From assembly GCA_963929915.1 (NCBI GenBank), contig CAWVJY010000008.1:226705-290704 (forward strand): a DNA stretch of 64,000 nt, written 5' to 3'. Numbering within the stretch: position 1 is the first letter of the stretch; each line of letters opens with the position of its first letter. The notes below the pieces were generated by a model. It had not been told where the DNA came from. It saw nothing but the letters and a program-made list of their open reading frames with translations, and did not search any database. Shown here piece by piece: positions 22,582 to 33,087 of this stretch. This stretch comes from Bacillota bacterium. GTDB lineage: Bacteria > Bacillota > Clostridia > TANB77 > CAG-508. The translations under genes and the position numbers were made by a program.

Positions 22582-25008
22582 TTGGCAAAAAGACGAGCAA
22601 AAAGAAGTAAAAACAAAGTAGATATTAATGTAGCGGTAGTAGTACTAGTATTACTTGCTATCTTATTAATGATATTAATTTATACAAAATCCGGAAGTAT
22701 TGGCGCTACCTTAAGCCCAATGCTTGGTGGTATTATGGGATTTATTAAATATGTGATTCCTATCGGTTTATTATTAATTGCCATTTATATGACTCATAAT
22801 GATAAAGAATATTTAATTCATAAATTAATTCAATATGGAATTTTTTTGGTCTGCATAGCAGCAATGCTTACGATTTTTCAAGTAGGCAATGGAAATCTTA
22901 CTATAGAAGATAGAGATTTTACGCAAATTATAGAAGACAGTTATTATTTGGGAGAAAAAGATATTGGTGGAGGAATCGTTGGCGCTTGTGTTGCTGTTCC
23001 ATTAATTAGTGCATTAGGAGAAGTAGGAGCTATTATTTTAACAATTGGAGTTTCCATTATTCTTCTTGTATTTATGTTCGGAATTCGCCCAGCAGAAATG
23101 ATAAGCAATTTCTTAGATCATTTAGAAGAAAGAAAAGAAGAACGAAGAGAAGAAAAATTGCAAAGACAAAATGATAAAAAACGAAATAAAGAAGAATTAC
23201 CGGCAAATGCAAAAGAAACAAGATGGCAAAGACGTTTAAGAGAAAAAGAAGAAGCAGAAAAATTAGCTTCACAAATTGAAAATCAATTAACCATTAATTT
23301 AGATGATGAAGAAGATAAAAAATCTGCTAAAAAATATGATCATAGTAAAGACGAACTAGACATACCATTTTTTGGTGGACTAGGAAAGAAAAAAGAAAAG
23401 GAAGAAGAAAAACAGCAACAACAAGAAACATCCCCAGATGTTATTGAAGCAAATTTATTTAAACAAGTAGAAGAACAAAAAGAAGATAAGGTAAAAGAAG
23501 TTTTACAATTAGAGCATACCATTACTGCTGAAGATGAAAATTATGAATTTCCTCCTGTTCAGCTTTTAAGTGAGCCAGAGAAAAAAGGAAATAAAGCAAG
23601 TAAAAAAATGGTAACAGATACAGCAACCAAATTACAAAAAACATTATATAGTTTTGGCGTTTCTGCCAAAGTAGAAAATGTATCTGTAGGCCCTGCTATT
23701 ACTAGATATGAGCTAAAACCAGCAGAGGGGGTTCGTGTTAGCAAAATTGCAAATTTAGCAGATGATATTGCTTTAAATTTAGCAGCAGAAACCATTCGTA
23801 TTGAGGCTCCAATTCCAGGTAAACAAGCAGTAGGAATTGAAATTCCAAACAAAGAAAATGAAGTTGTTCATTTTAGAGAAATGATAGAATCAGATGTTTT
23901 CCAAAATCATAAGTCTAAACTTGCTTTTGGGTTAGGAAAAGATGTAGCAGGGGATCCAGTAGTAACAGATATTGCAAAAATGCCCCATGTATTAATTGCA
24001 GGTGCAACAGGTTCTGGAAAAAGTGTATGTATCAATACTCTTATTGCTAGTATTATTTATAAAGCAAAGCCAAGTGAAGTAAAATTATTAATGATAGACC
24101 CAAAAGTTGTAGAACTTTCTGTATATAATGGTATACCACATTTATTAATTCCAGTAGTAACAGATCCAAAAAAAGCAGCAGGTGCATTGGCATGGGCTGT
24201 GCAAGAAATGGAAAATCGTTATCAATTATTTGCTACAAAAGGGGTAAGAGATATTAAAGGATATAATGAAGTGGCAAAACAAGAAGAATCAGGAAATTTA
24301 CCACAAATCGTTATTATTATTGATGAGCTTGCAGATTTAATGATGGTAGCTTCCAAAGATGTAGAAGATTCTATTTGCCGTTTAGCACAAAAAGCAAGAG
24401 CTGCTGGAATGCATTTAGTAATTGCAACACAAAGACCTTCTGTTGATGTTATTACAGGAATTATTAAAGCCAATATTCCATCTAGAATTTCTTTTGCAGT
24501 TTCTTCACAAGTAGACTCTAGAACCATTTTGGATATGGTAGGAGCAGAAAAATTGCTTGGTAAAGGTGACATGTTATTCTATCCATCAGGCGCACCAAAG
24601 CCTACTAGGGTGCAAGGAGCATTTATTTCTGATAAAGAAGTAGAAAAAATAGTAGACTTTATTAAAGCAAATGGCGAAGTGGTATATAATGAAGATATTA
24701 TAGAACAAATTGAAAATGCCAACAAAACAGATAAAGAACTAGAAACAGAAGGCGGACCAGATGATGATGGAACAGATCCATTATTAATGGAAGCAATTGA
24801 TACTGTGGTAGAAACAAGGCAAGCCTCTACTTCTTTTATTCAAAGAAGATTTAAAGTAGGATATGCTAGAGCTGGAAGAATTATAGACCAAATGGAAGAA
24901 AGAGGAATTATCTCTGGTTACCAAGGTAGTAAACCTCGTGAAGTATTAATGCCAAAAGAAAGATGGCAAGAGCTTAAAATGGCACCTATGGACCAAACAG
25001 AAGAATAG
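22582..25008 (+). CDS. ftsK: DNA translocase FtsK/SpoIIIE
   Basis: N-terminal TM helices, charged linker, motor domain (HVLIAGATGSGKS, IIIDELADLMM), C-terminal gamma domain. Start set to the TTG at 22582, preceded by RBS AAAGGAGGGG. Confidence 0.9.
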   Translation: MAKRRAKRSKNKVDINVAVVVLVLLAILLMILIYTKSGSIGATLSPMLGGIMGFIKYVIPIGLLLIAIYMTHNDKEYLIHKLIQYGIFLVCIAAMLTIFQVGNGNLTIEDRDFTQIIEDSYYLGEKDIGGGIVGACVAVPLISALGEVGAIILTIGVSIILLVFMFGIRPAEMISNFLDHLEERKEERREEKLQRQNDKKRNKEELPANAKETRWQRRLREKEEAEKLASQIENQLTINLDDEEDKKSAKKYDHSKDELDIPFFGGLGKKKEKEEEKQQQQETSPDVIEANLFKQVEEQKEDKVKEVLQLEHTITAEDENYEFPPVQLLSEPEKKGNKASKKMVTDTATKLQKTLYSFGVSAKVENVSVGPAITRYELKPAEGVRVSKIANLADDIALNLAAETIRIEAPIPGKQAVGIEIPNKENEVVHFREMIESDVFQNHKSKLAFGLGKDVAGDPVVTDIAKMPHVLIAGATGSGKSVCINTLIASIIYKAKPSEVKLLMIDPKVVELSVYNGIPHLLIPVVTDPKKAAGALAWAVQEMENRYQLFATKGVRDIKGYNEVAKQEESGNLPQIVIIIDELADLMMVASKDVEDSICRLAQKARAAGMHLVIATQRPSVDVITGIIKANIPSRISFAVSSQVDSRTILDMVGAEKLLGKGDMLFYPSGAPKPTRVQGAFISDKEVEKIVDFIKANGEVVYNEDIIEQIENANKTDKELETEGGPDDDGTDPLLMEAIDTVVETRQASTSFIQRRFKVGYARAGRIIDQMEERGIISGYQGSKPREVLMPKERWQELKMAPMDQTEE

Positions 25009-25138
25009 AAAATTAAAAAATAAGAATTAAAATAAAAATAGAAATTAAAATAAAACTAAAAATCAATAATATTATAACTTAAATAATACCATAATAAGAA
25101 TGGCATATAGAACATGAACTAATGAAAAAAGGTGGCAT

Positions 25139-26692
25139 ATGGATAAAAAGGAAAAAATACTTAAAAAGCTTCATATAACAGATTATACAAATCGCTTAGA
25201 GAAGGTTTTGGAAAAAAAGAAATTTTCTTTCGATACCAAAAATCTTCTTTTAAGCATGTTCTATAAAATAGAAAATGGATATCAAGATTATCAAAAAACA
25301 AAAGTACAAGTAGAAAATAAAGAAGATTTTTTTGAAAAAATACTCCAAATCATTGATAAAAAATGTGAAGAAATTATTACCACCAAAGATGTTTTAGTAG
25401 ATGAAAAAAAGCAAAAAGTAGATTTTATGGTAGATAAAGAAAAAGGAAAAATCGTAGCTTTAGGAAATGAATTTGTTTTATTAAACGCTATTTTAGTACT
25501 AGGAGAAAAAGAAATTTGTTTTCCAGAAGAAGAAAAGCTTTTACAAACACCATTTACAGCCTTTTTTAATTTAGGACTAAGAATGCATGAAACAGAAGTA
25601 ATTCGAGATTTTAATGGCTGGTCATGGGATATTGTTACAAAAGATATTACCAATATTCCTGTAAATCTTATCTTCCAAAGTTTTCTATATTTACTAGGGC
25701 AAGATTTTATGGCTCAATGGATAAATAATAAGAGTGAATTAGCAGATTATTTTATGTTAGCTGCTGAGAACATGAAACAAAACTTTGGAGAAGAAAGAAG
25801 TAAAAAAATAGTATCTCTATTTTGTAAATTAGTGATAGAGATTGTGGCAGAACAGGATGAAACACAAGCAACTTTATGGAAAAAGTTAAAAAAGGAAAAT
25901 AAAATAGAATTAGAAAAATTAAGTAATAAGCCAAAATTTCTAGAAGAAATTACCAAAGAAAAAAAGGAAATCACCAAAAAAATTGAAAAAATTGATAAAA
26001 TCATGAATAATAAGATTCTTTTACAACAGGAGTATGAAGAAAGAAATGAAAAATTACCTAATAAAGAGAAGATTTTTAGTATTAGGCATTTAACCAATCG
26101 TTTAGTAGAAGAAAGACAAGAACTAGTTGAGAAAATGAAACAAAGCAACAATTTAATTGATCCAAAAGAATATGTTGCTCGTAAGGAAAAAGTAGAAAAA
26201 AGGGTAGAGTTTTTAGATAGTTTAGATTTAGAAAATAAAACAGATAGAAGAGAAGCGTTATTACAACTATGTATACTATTCTTAGAATGTTTTGAAATCA
26301 AAACCATTAAAGCACAAAAAAAGGAAGAAGTCATTCATTATTTTTACGAATTAAGATATTATCGCTTTTTACCTTTTGAAGAAGAAGTGAAACTAAAAGA
26401 AATAGAAAAATTAAATCATATTTTTGAAAAAGAAATATCATTATTAATAGAAAAAGCACAAAAAATGGCAATTATTGATGAAGTTACGGCAGATAAAGAA
26501 ATTAATCAAAAAATCATTGGAAACTTATTTAATAGTAAATTAATTGATTTAAATCATTTAATTATTGAAACAAAAGTAGAAGAAGGCAAATTATATGCAG
26601 AATATTATGATACTAATATTTTAGAAAATGTTGTAGAAGTACAAAGCAATAGAACGGTGAAACTAAAGAAAAAGACAAAATTGTTTCTTTAG
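25139..26692 (+). CDS. hypothetical Lys/Glu-rich coiled-coil protein
   Basis: ORF with RBS AAAAGGTGG. The stop codon abuts REP copy A. Confidence 0.4.
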   Translation: MDKKEKILKKLHITDYTNRLEKVLEKKKFSFDTKNLLLSMFYKIENGYQDYQKTKVQVENKEDFFEKILQIIDKKCEEIITTKDVLVDEKKQKVDFMVDKEKGKIVALGNEFVLLNAILVLGEKEICFPEEEKLLQTPFTAFFNLGLRMHETEVIRDFNGWSWDIVTKDITNIPVNLIFQSFLYLLGQDFMAQWINNKSELADYFMLAAENMKQNFGEERSKKIVSLFCKLVIEIVAEQDETQATLWKKLKKENKIELEKLSNKPKFLEEITKEKKEITKKIEKIDKIMNNKILLQQEYEERNEKLPNKEKIFSIRHLTNRLVEERQELVEKMKQSNNLIDPKEYVARKEKVEKRVEFLDSLDLENKTDRREALLQLCILFLECFEIKTIKAQKKEEVIHYFYELRYYRFLPFEEEVKLKEIEKLNHIFEKEISLLIEKAQKMAIIDEVTADKEINQKIIGNLFNSKLIDLNHLIIETKVEEGKLYAEYYDTNILENVVEVQSNRTVKLKKKTKLFL

Positions 26693-26733
26693 GGACGGTT
26701 CTCAGTGGCCCCATTTGGGGTCACTTGGGACAC
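26692..26733 (+). repeat. REP element copy A
   Basis: GGGACGGTTCTCAGTGGCCCCATTTGGGGTCACTTGGGACAC, with internal hairpin GGCCCC-ATTT-GGGGTC. Confidence 0.8.
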
Positions 26734-26836
26734 TTCATTAAAAAGAGAAAGATTAAAAATTATTACTATTAACCAAAGACCAAAATATAAAATATAATAC
26801 AAATTATAATTTTTTAGGAGAGGATTGAAATTAAAT

Positions 26837-28486
26837 ATGAAAATTACCTTTTTAGGAGCTACCAAAACTGTAACAGGTTCCAACTTTTTAGTAGAAGGGG
26901 CAGGAAAAAAGTTTTTAGTGGATTGTGGAATGTATCAAGGCAGTAGTAAAGACGAAATGAAAAATAGTGAGCCATTTCCATTTGATGTAAAAGATATTGA
27001 TTTTATGTTATTAACACATGCCCATATTGATCATTCTGGAAGAATTCCAAAGTTATATGTAGAAGGATATCGTAATCCAGTTATTACTACGAAGGCTACC
27101 AGAGATCTTTGCTCTATTATGTTACCAGACAGTGGACATATTCAAGAACAAGAAATTGGATGGCGAAACAAAAAAAGAATGAGAGAAGGTAAAGAAGCCC
27201 TACCTCCTTTATATACAGCAGAAGATGCCATCCATACTATGGAAATTTTTAAACCAGTCAATTATGATGAAATTGTAGAAATTGACCCAAATATTCAAGT
27301 ACGTTTTAATGATGCAGGACATATGCTAGGTTCTGCCATTATTGAAGTATGGGTAACAGAAAATGGAAAACAAACCAAAGCAGTATTTACGGGAGATTTA
27401 GGTAATAATGATATTCCACTATTATCTTCTCCTACGATGATAGAAACAGCCGATTACTTAGTAATGGAATCTACTTATGGTAGTAGACTTCATATGAGAA
27501 ATGACGATAAAGCCAGCCTATTTTTAGATATTGTTTCCGAAACATTAGATAAAGGTGGAACTGTTGTTATCCCGTCTTTTGCAGTAGGAAGAACCCAAGA
27601 AATTTTATATGAAATTAACAATTTAAAAGATGAACACCAAGATGAAGAATTTAAAAAGAAATATCAAACTTTAATGAGGGTACCTGTTTATGTAGATAGC
27701 CCACTTGCTATTTCTGCTACAGAAATTTTTAAGGAAAATGCTAACTTATTTGATGAAGAAACCCAAGCAATTATTCAAAGAGGAGATAATCCTTTAGAGT
27801 TTCCAGGTTTACAGTTTACTAGAACTGCAGATGAGTCAAAAGCATTAAATGAAAAGAAAGAGTCTGCTATCATTATTTCTGCTAGTGGTATGTGTGAAGT
27901 AGGTAGAATTAAACATCATTTAAAACATCATTTGTGGGATCCGAACAGCACTATTCTATTTGTTGGTTACCAAGCACCTGGAACTTTAGGTAGAAAGCTA
28001 GTAGACGGCGAAAAAATGGTAAGAATTTTTGGAGAAGAAATTGCAGTAAATGCAAGAATAGAATATATAGAAGGCTATTCTGGTCATGCTGACCAAGAAT
28101 GGTTATTAAACTTTATATATTCTTTTATTACAAAGCCAAAACATATCTTTTTAGTACATGGAGAAATAGAAAGTCAAGAAGTATTAAAAGAAAAAATATT
28201 AGAAAATGTGAGCATTCCTGTTACCATTCCAGATTATGGCCAAACTTATACATTAGATGAAAACTTAACAATGGAACAAACGGTAGAGCCGGTTTGTGAA
28301 GAAATAGTAGCAAGAAGAGATATTTTAGAAAAAATGAAGACACTTAAAGAAGAACTAGAAGATATGGAAACGATTATCAAAGAGGAATACTTTACAAAAA
28401 ATCCAAGCGATTCTAGTATGAATCTTTTAAAACTAAGATTAAATGAAATAGAAGATCAAATTGTAAAAATAGTAGAAAAAAGCTAA
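26837..28486 (+). CDS. beta-CASP family MBL-fold ribonuclease (RNase J / TTHA0252-like)
   Basis: LGATKTVTGSNFLVE ... LLTHAHIDHSGRIPKL ... FTGDLGN ... SGHADQ. Strong end-to-end resemblance to the bacterial RNase-J-family beta-CASP enzymes. Confidence 0.8.
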   Translation: MKITFLGATKTVTGSNFLVEGAGKKFLVDCGMYQGSSKDEMKNSEPFPFDVKDIDFMLLTHAHIDHSGRIPKLYVEGYRNPVITTKATRDLCSIMLPDSGHIQEQEIGWRNKKRMREGKEALPPLYTAEDAIHTMEIFKPVNYDEIVEIDPNIQVRFNDAGHMLGSAIIEVWVTENGKQTKAVFTGDLGNNDIPLLSSPTMIETADYLVMESTYGSRLHMRNDDKASLFLDIVSETLDKGGTVVIPSFAVGRTQEILYEINNLKDEHQDEEFKKKYQTLMRVPVYVDSPLAISATEIFKENANLFDEETQAIIQRGDNPLEFPGLQFTRTADESKALNEKKESAIIISASGMCEVGRIKHHLKHHLWDPNSTILFVGYQAPGTLGRKLVDGEKMVRIFGEEIAVNARIEYIEGYSGHADQEWLLNFIYSFITKPKHIFLVHGEIESQEVLKEKILENVSIPVTIPDYGQTYTLDENLTMEQTVEPVCEEIVARRDILEKMKTLKEELEDMETIIKEEYFTKNPSDSSMNLLKLRLNEIEDQIVKIVEKS

Positions 28487-28605
28487 TAAGATTAGCAAGT
28501 AAAAAATTTTAAATTAATTTAAAAAATGTCGCTGTGATTGTAAAAAAGAATAACTACAAATGGAAAAAGAAAAAACAGGATAAGTTACTAGAAAAGGGGA
28601 AAACA

Positions 28606-30585
28606 ATGAAAAATAAATATTATAATAATGCTATTATTGGGGGAAAAAACATTACAGCAAGTTATAGTAAAACAGGAGAATTGTTAAGGGTTATGTATCC
28701 AAATCCAGATTTTAGAAGTTGGATAGATGAATTTTTAACTGGTGTTAAAATTAATGATTCTGGAATGATTTATTTACATGAAGATTGCAATAATCAATAT
28801 CATCAATATTATACTGAAAATACCAATATTTTAAAAACTGAAATTTTAAATACCTATTTTCAATTACAAATTAAGCAAACCGATTTTGCCTTACTAAAAA
28901 ATAGCATATTGGTAAAAAAGTATGAATTTGAAAACAAAAATAATATTGATTTAAAAGTAAATTTTTTAGTACATAGTAAACTCTTATCAGATACCAATAA
29001 TATGGTAGGAAGTGAAGTAAAATATAATACACTAATTCAATATTGCCACGACTATTGTCTTTACCTTTTTTCACCATCTTCTTTATTAAGTTATCAATTA
29101 AATGATACTAAAGAAAATATTGGAAGTGGAGAAATTTATGATAAAGACTATATAGGTATGTCTTGTGATTCTAGTATTAGTTATGATATTGGAATTCTAA
29201 AACCAGGAGAAAAGAAAGAATTAGTGCTTTATTTGTATTTTAAAAATAATACGACAGCAGATATAGGAACAGAAAAAATAAGTAGTAAACAATTAGAAGA
29301 ACAGTTACTAAAAGAAATAGCCGAAATAAAAAAGATAGATGTACAAAAAGAAGAACAAGATGTAGAAAAATACTGGAAAAAATATGTAAAAGAACATTTA
29401 ACCATTCCTTTAAAACCAGAAACAAATACTTTTCATAAAAAATGGAACCAAATTTATCAAAGAAGCATTTTATTATTTCCTTTATTAATCAACCAAGAAA
29501 CAGGGGGAATTAGTGCAACTGTAGAAGTTGATGAAAATATGACACAATGTGGAAGATATGCCTATTGCTGGCCAAGAGATGCAGTATGGATTACCAAAGC
29601 ATTAGATTTGCTAAAAATGACAAAGGAAACGGAAAAATTTTATAAAATCTTCTGCAAAGAAACCCAAAGTAAAAATGGAATGTGGGAACAAAGATTTTAT
29701 ACAGATGGAAAATTAGCACCTTGTTGGGGATATCAAATTGATGAAACAGCCAGTGTTATTTATGGAGTTTATGAACATTATAAGGTAGTAAAAGATGCTA
29801 AATTTTTAAAAGACACTTATAAAATGTGTGAAAATGCTGCAAAGTTTTTAGGAATTTATTTAGATAATGTGTTAGGCACAAAAGATGAATCAGATGTGGT
29901 AAAAAAAGAAATAGAAGAAACTTACCATACAGAGGGAAGAAATAAATTGCCAGTTAGTTATGATTTATGGGAAATGCATGAAGGAGTACATTTATATTCC
30001 TTATCTGCTATTTATGCAGCCTTTGAAGCAATGAAACAAATTCATATTGTTTTAAAACCAAGTTATGAACAAAATAATCGACTAAAAGTAGAAGCAATGA
30101 ACAAACTAGAAGCCAAAATGATAAAATATCAGGAAGAAATTAAAAAGTATATACTTGCCAACTTATATGACGAAAACACTAAAACTTTTTCTAGAAACTT
30201 AAATGATAATCGTACAGATATTAGTGAACTTGGAATGATAGTACCATTTGCTTTGTTTTCTGCAAAAGAAAAAAAGGTACAAAATACTATTGAAAAAATC
30301 AATATGACATTAAGAACTTATACAGGAGGATACTTAAGATTCGAGCAAGATCATTACCGTGGTGGAACAAGTCCATGGCCAATAGCTACTTTATGGATGG
30401 CAATGTACTATCAGAAGGCTGGAGAAAGAAAAAAAGCAAAAGAATGTATCGAATTTGTTGTAAATTCTGCCAATGAACACGGCTTACTAGGTGAGCAAGT
30501 AGACAACCAAACTATGCAGCCGAATTGGGCAATTGGCTTACGGATGGGCCCATGCTATGTTTGTTTTGGGGACGGTTCTCACTGA
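28606..30585 (+). CDS. glycoside hydrolase family 15-like protein (glucoamylase/glucodextranase fold)
   Basis: CWPRDAVW and DLWEM acid/base-region motifs of GH15. The last 6 codons and the stop lie inside REP copy B. Confidence 0.6.
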   Translation: MKNKYYNNAIIGGKNITASYSKTGELLRVMYPNPDFRSWIDEFLTGVKINDSGMIYLHEDCNNQYHQYYTENTNILKTEILNTYFQLQIKQTDFALLKNSILVKKYEFENKNNIDLKVNFLVHSKLLSDTNNMVGSEVKYNTLIQYCHDYCLYLFSPSSLLSYQLNDTKENIGSGEIYDKDYIGMSCDSSISYDIGILKPGEKKELVLYLYFKNNTTADIGTEKISSKQLEEQLLKEIAEIKKIDVQKEEQDVEKYWKKYVKEHLTIPLKPETNTFHKKWNQIYQRSILLFPLLINQETGGISATVEVDENMTQCGRYAYCWPRDAVWITKALDLLKMTKETEKFYKIFCKETQSKNGMWEQRFYTDGKLAPCWGYQIDETASVIYGVYEHYKVVKDAKFLKDTYKMCENAAKFLGIYLDNVLGTKDESDVVKKEIEETYHTEGRNKLPVSYDLWEMHEGVHLYSLSAIYAAFEAMKQIHIVLKPSYEQNNRLKVEAMNKLEAKMIKYQEEIKKYILANLYDENTKTFSRNLNDNRTDISELGMIVPFALFSAKEKKVQNTIEKINMTLRTYTGGYLRFEQDHYRGGTSPWPIATLWMAMYYQKAGERKKAKECIEFVVNSANEHGLLGEQVDNQTMQPNWAIGLRMGPCYVCFGDGSH

Positions 30586-30610
30586 CCCCTAATGGGGCCA
30601 CTTGGGACAC
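30568..30610 (+). repeat. REP element copy B
   Basis: GGGGACGGTTCTCACTGACCCCTAATGGGGCCACTTGGGACAC. Confidence 0.8.
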
Positions 30611-30753
30611 ATCATATCATCTGAATTAACTCAAATGAAAAAAGAATCATAAATAATTTTAACAAGTACTTGCAAAATTATAAAAAATATGAGAAGATGT
30701 AAAAGAGAGAGAATTATAAAAAAGAGGGGCACTATCGGAGAAAGGAGGCAATT

Positions 30754-31197
30754 ATGCCTAGAAAACCAAGAGATAGGAGTCCCTCTAATTGTTACCATAT
30801 CATTACCAGAGGAATTAATAAGCAAGATATTTTCTTTGATAACAATGATAAGGCCAAACTTCTTAAAGAAATAAGTAGAACAAAAGAAAAATATGAATAT
30901 GAATTATATGCTTATGTTCTAATGCCAAATCATATTCATTTACTAATTAAAGAAAATACTCATTCGATTTCTGAAATTATGAGAAGTCTTTTGATAAGTT
31001 ATGCTGAATATATTAACAAGAAATATGATAGGATTGGATATGTCTTTCAGAATCGATTTACTAGTAGACCAGTTGAAAACGATATTTATTTTAGAAATGT
31101 GGTACGTTATATTCATTTAAACCCACAAAAAGCCGGAATTTCTATATATAGTCAATATAAATGGAGTCAGTTACCAAGATTATTGCAAAGACAATAA
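30754..31197 (+). CDS. REP-associated tyrosine transposase (RAYT; IS200/IS605-like Y1 HUH enzyme)
   Basis: YHIITRG ... LYAYVLMPNHIHLLI (HuH) ... RYIHLNP (catalytic Tyr region). Flanked by inverted REP copies B(+) and C(-). Confidence 0.85.
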   Translation: MPRKPRDRSPSNCYHIITRGINKQDIFFDNNDKAKLLKEISRTKEKYEYELYAYVLMPNHIHLLIKENTHSISEIMRSLLISYAEYINKKYDRIGYVFQNRFTSRPVENDIYFRNVVRYIHLNPQKAGISIYSQYKWSQLPRLLQRQ

Positions 31198-31316
31198 TAG
31201 TCTGGTTGATGTAGAAAAAGGAAAAAAATAGATTTGAGAATATAAACGGAAACTTTGAAGAATCTTTTGAAAAATTTCATAATGAACAACTAAATGATAG
31301 TATAGAAGAAGAAATT

Positions 31317-31571
31317 ATGGAGTATGAAATAAAAAGTGTGTTGGAAGATGAGGATTTATATAGAATTTTGAAAGAAAAAATAGGAGAACAAGAAATACAT
31401 AATCTTCACCGATATCAAAAAAAATATCGAAATAAAGTACTGATGCAGATATTGAAAATAAAAGGTACAAATTGTGCTCAAATTTCAAGAGTGACAGGAA
31501 TTAGTAAAAAACTAATTAAGAAAGCTAGAGAACAATTTTTAAAGAATAAACCGAAAATTAAAATAGTATAA
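31317..31571 (+). CDS. small HTH protein (possibly a remnant of a transposase OrfA-like gene)
   Basis: NCAQISRVTGISKKLIKKAREQF helix-turn-helix. The upstream in-frame sequence is open for ~100 nt without a start codon. Confidence 0.35.
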   Translation: MEYEIKSVLEDEDLYRILKEKIGEQEIHNLHRYQKKYRNKVLMQILKIKGTNCAQISRVTGISKKLIKKAREQFLKNKPKIKIV

Positions 31572-31598
31572 TTTGAATAGATTGGAGGAAATGGAGAA

Positions 31599-31641
31599 GT
31601 GTCCCAACTGACCCCTTTTGGGGTCACTGAGAACCGTCCCC
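31599..31641 (-). repeat. REP element copy C (inverted orientation)
   Basis: GTGTCCCAACTGACCCCTTTTGGGGTCACTGAGAACCGTCCCC is the rc of the copy A/B consensus. Ends 7 nt before the radA ATG. Confidence 0.8.
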
Positions 31642-31648
31642 AGAAAAC

Positions 31649-33062
31649 ATGAAAGCAAAAACAATTTTTGTATGTAGTAATTGTGGATATGAATCACCAA
31701 AATGGCTAGGAAAATGCCCAGGTTGTAATGAGTGGAATAGTTTTTATGAAGAGAAATTAGCTATGCAAACAGGTTCAGGAAAACAGACAGAAAAGAAAGT
31801 AGTTACTCCTAAATCATTAAATGAAGTAGTAGGAAAAGATGCTATTCGTATCCACACTGGAATTGGAGAATTAGATAGAGTTCTAGGGGGAGGTTTAGTA
31901 AAAGGTTCTTTAGTATTAGTAGGAGGAGAACCTGGAATTGGTAAATCTTACTCTTATTTGGAACTTTGCGATAAAATGCAGGCAGAAGGAAAAGTTCTTT
32001 ATGTTTCAGGAGAAGAGTCTGCTGAACAAATAAAATTAAGGCAGATCGACTTGGAATCCACAATGACGACATTTTATTTTTAGGAGAAACTGATATTTCA
32101 CTTATAGAAAATACAATATTAGAATTAAAACCAAAATTAGTTATTATTGATTCTATTCAAACAATGTATTCTGAAGATATTTCTTCGGCGGCAGGAACAG
32201 TAAGCCAAGTTCGCGAGATTACAGCTCGTATTATGCGTATTTGCAAAGGAAATGAAATTACTACTATTATTATTGGTCATGTAACAAAAGAAGGAAATAT
32301 TGCAGGACCTAGAGTTTTAGAACATATGGTAGATACTGTACTTTATCTAGAAGGCGAAAGGTATTTTTCTTATCGAGTTTTGCGTGGCGTTAAAAATCGT
32401 TTTGGGCTCTACCAACGAAGTAGGGATGTTTGAAATGCAAAATGAGGGAATGGTAGAAATAACAAATCCTTCTTCTGTATTAATTTCAGAAAGGGAGGAT
32501 AATCCTTCAGGTTCTGTTATTATTGCAAGTATGGAGGGAACTAGACCTTTGTTAATAGAATTACAGGCATTAACGACACCGACTGTATTTGGTTTTCCGC
32601 GTAGAACAGCCAATGGAATTGATTATAACAGGCTTACTTTGTTAGTTGCAGTACTAGAAAAAAGGGCTGGACTTGCATTAAGTTCACAAGATGTGTATTT
32701 AAATGTAGTAAGTGGAATCAGAATTGTAGAACCTGCTGCAGACCTAGGCATGATTTTAGCTTGTTGTTCTAGTTTTAAAAATACTAGTATTCCTAAAAGT
32801 ACAGTTGTTATTGGAGAAGTACGGATTAACAGGAGAGGTAAGAGCAGTAAATTTAATAGAAAAAAGATTAAAAGAAGCGGAAAAATTAGGATTTAAAACT
32901 TGTATTATACCAGAAAGTAATAAAAAACTATTGAAAGATAAGTACAAGTTAGATATAATAGGGGTTAGAAATGTAAATGAGGCGATGAAAAGTAGTGGGG
33001 CTAAAGTAAAAGTTAAGAAATTTAGTGAAGTGTCCCAAGTGGCCCCATTTGGGGCTACATAG
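31649..33062 (+). pseudogene. radA: DNA repair protein RadA/Sms, broken into 4 frames (may be indel errors)
   Basis: C4 zinc finger (CSNCGYESPKWLGKCPGCNEW), Walker A GEPGIGKS, KNRFG motif, Lon-like C-domain. Pieces at 31649-32083, 32164-32433, 32384-32896 and 32805-33062. The 3' end runs into REP copy D. Confidence 0.8.
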
Positions 33063-33071
33063 AACCGTCCC
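33030..33071 (-). repeat. REP element copy D (inverted orientation)
   Basis: GTGTCCCAAGTGGCCCCATTTGGGGCTACATAGAACCGTCCC. Confidence 0.8.
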
Positions 33072-33087
33072 TAGAAAGGAAAATGTG

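Noticed and set aside
30689-30874. 61-aa plus-strand ORF overlapping the RAYT start
   Set aside because: Different frame from the well-supported RAYT gene. No RBS.
31600-31625. Tiny ORF (ATGGAGAAGTGTCCCAACTGA) with a GGAGGA RBS inside REP copy C
   Set aside because: 7 codons lying wholly in the repeat. It is a coincidence of REP sequence.
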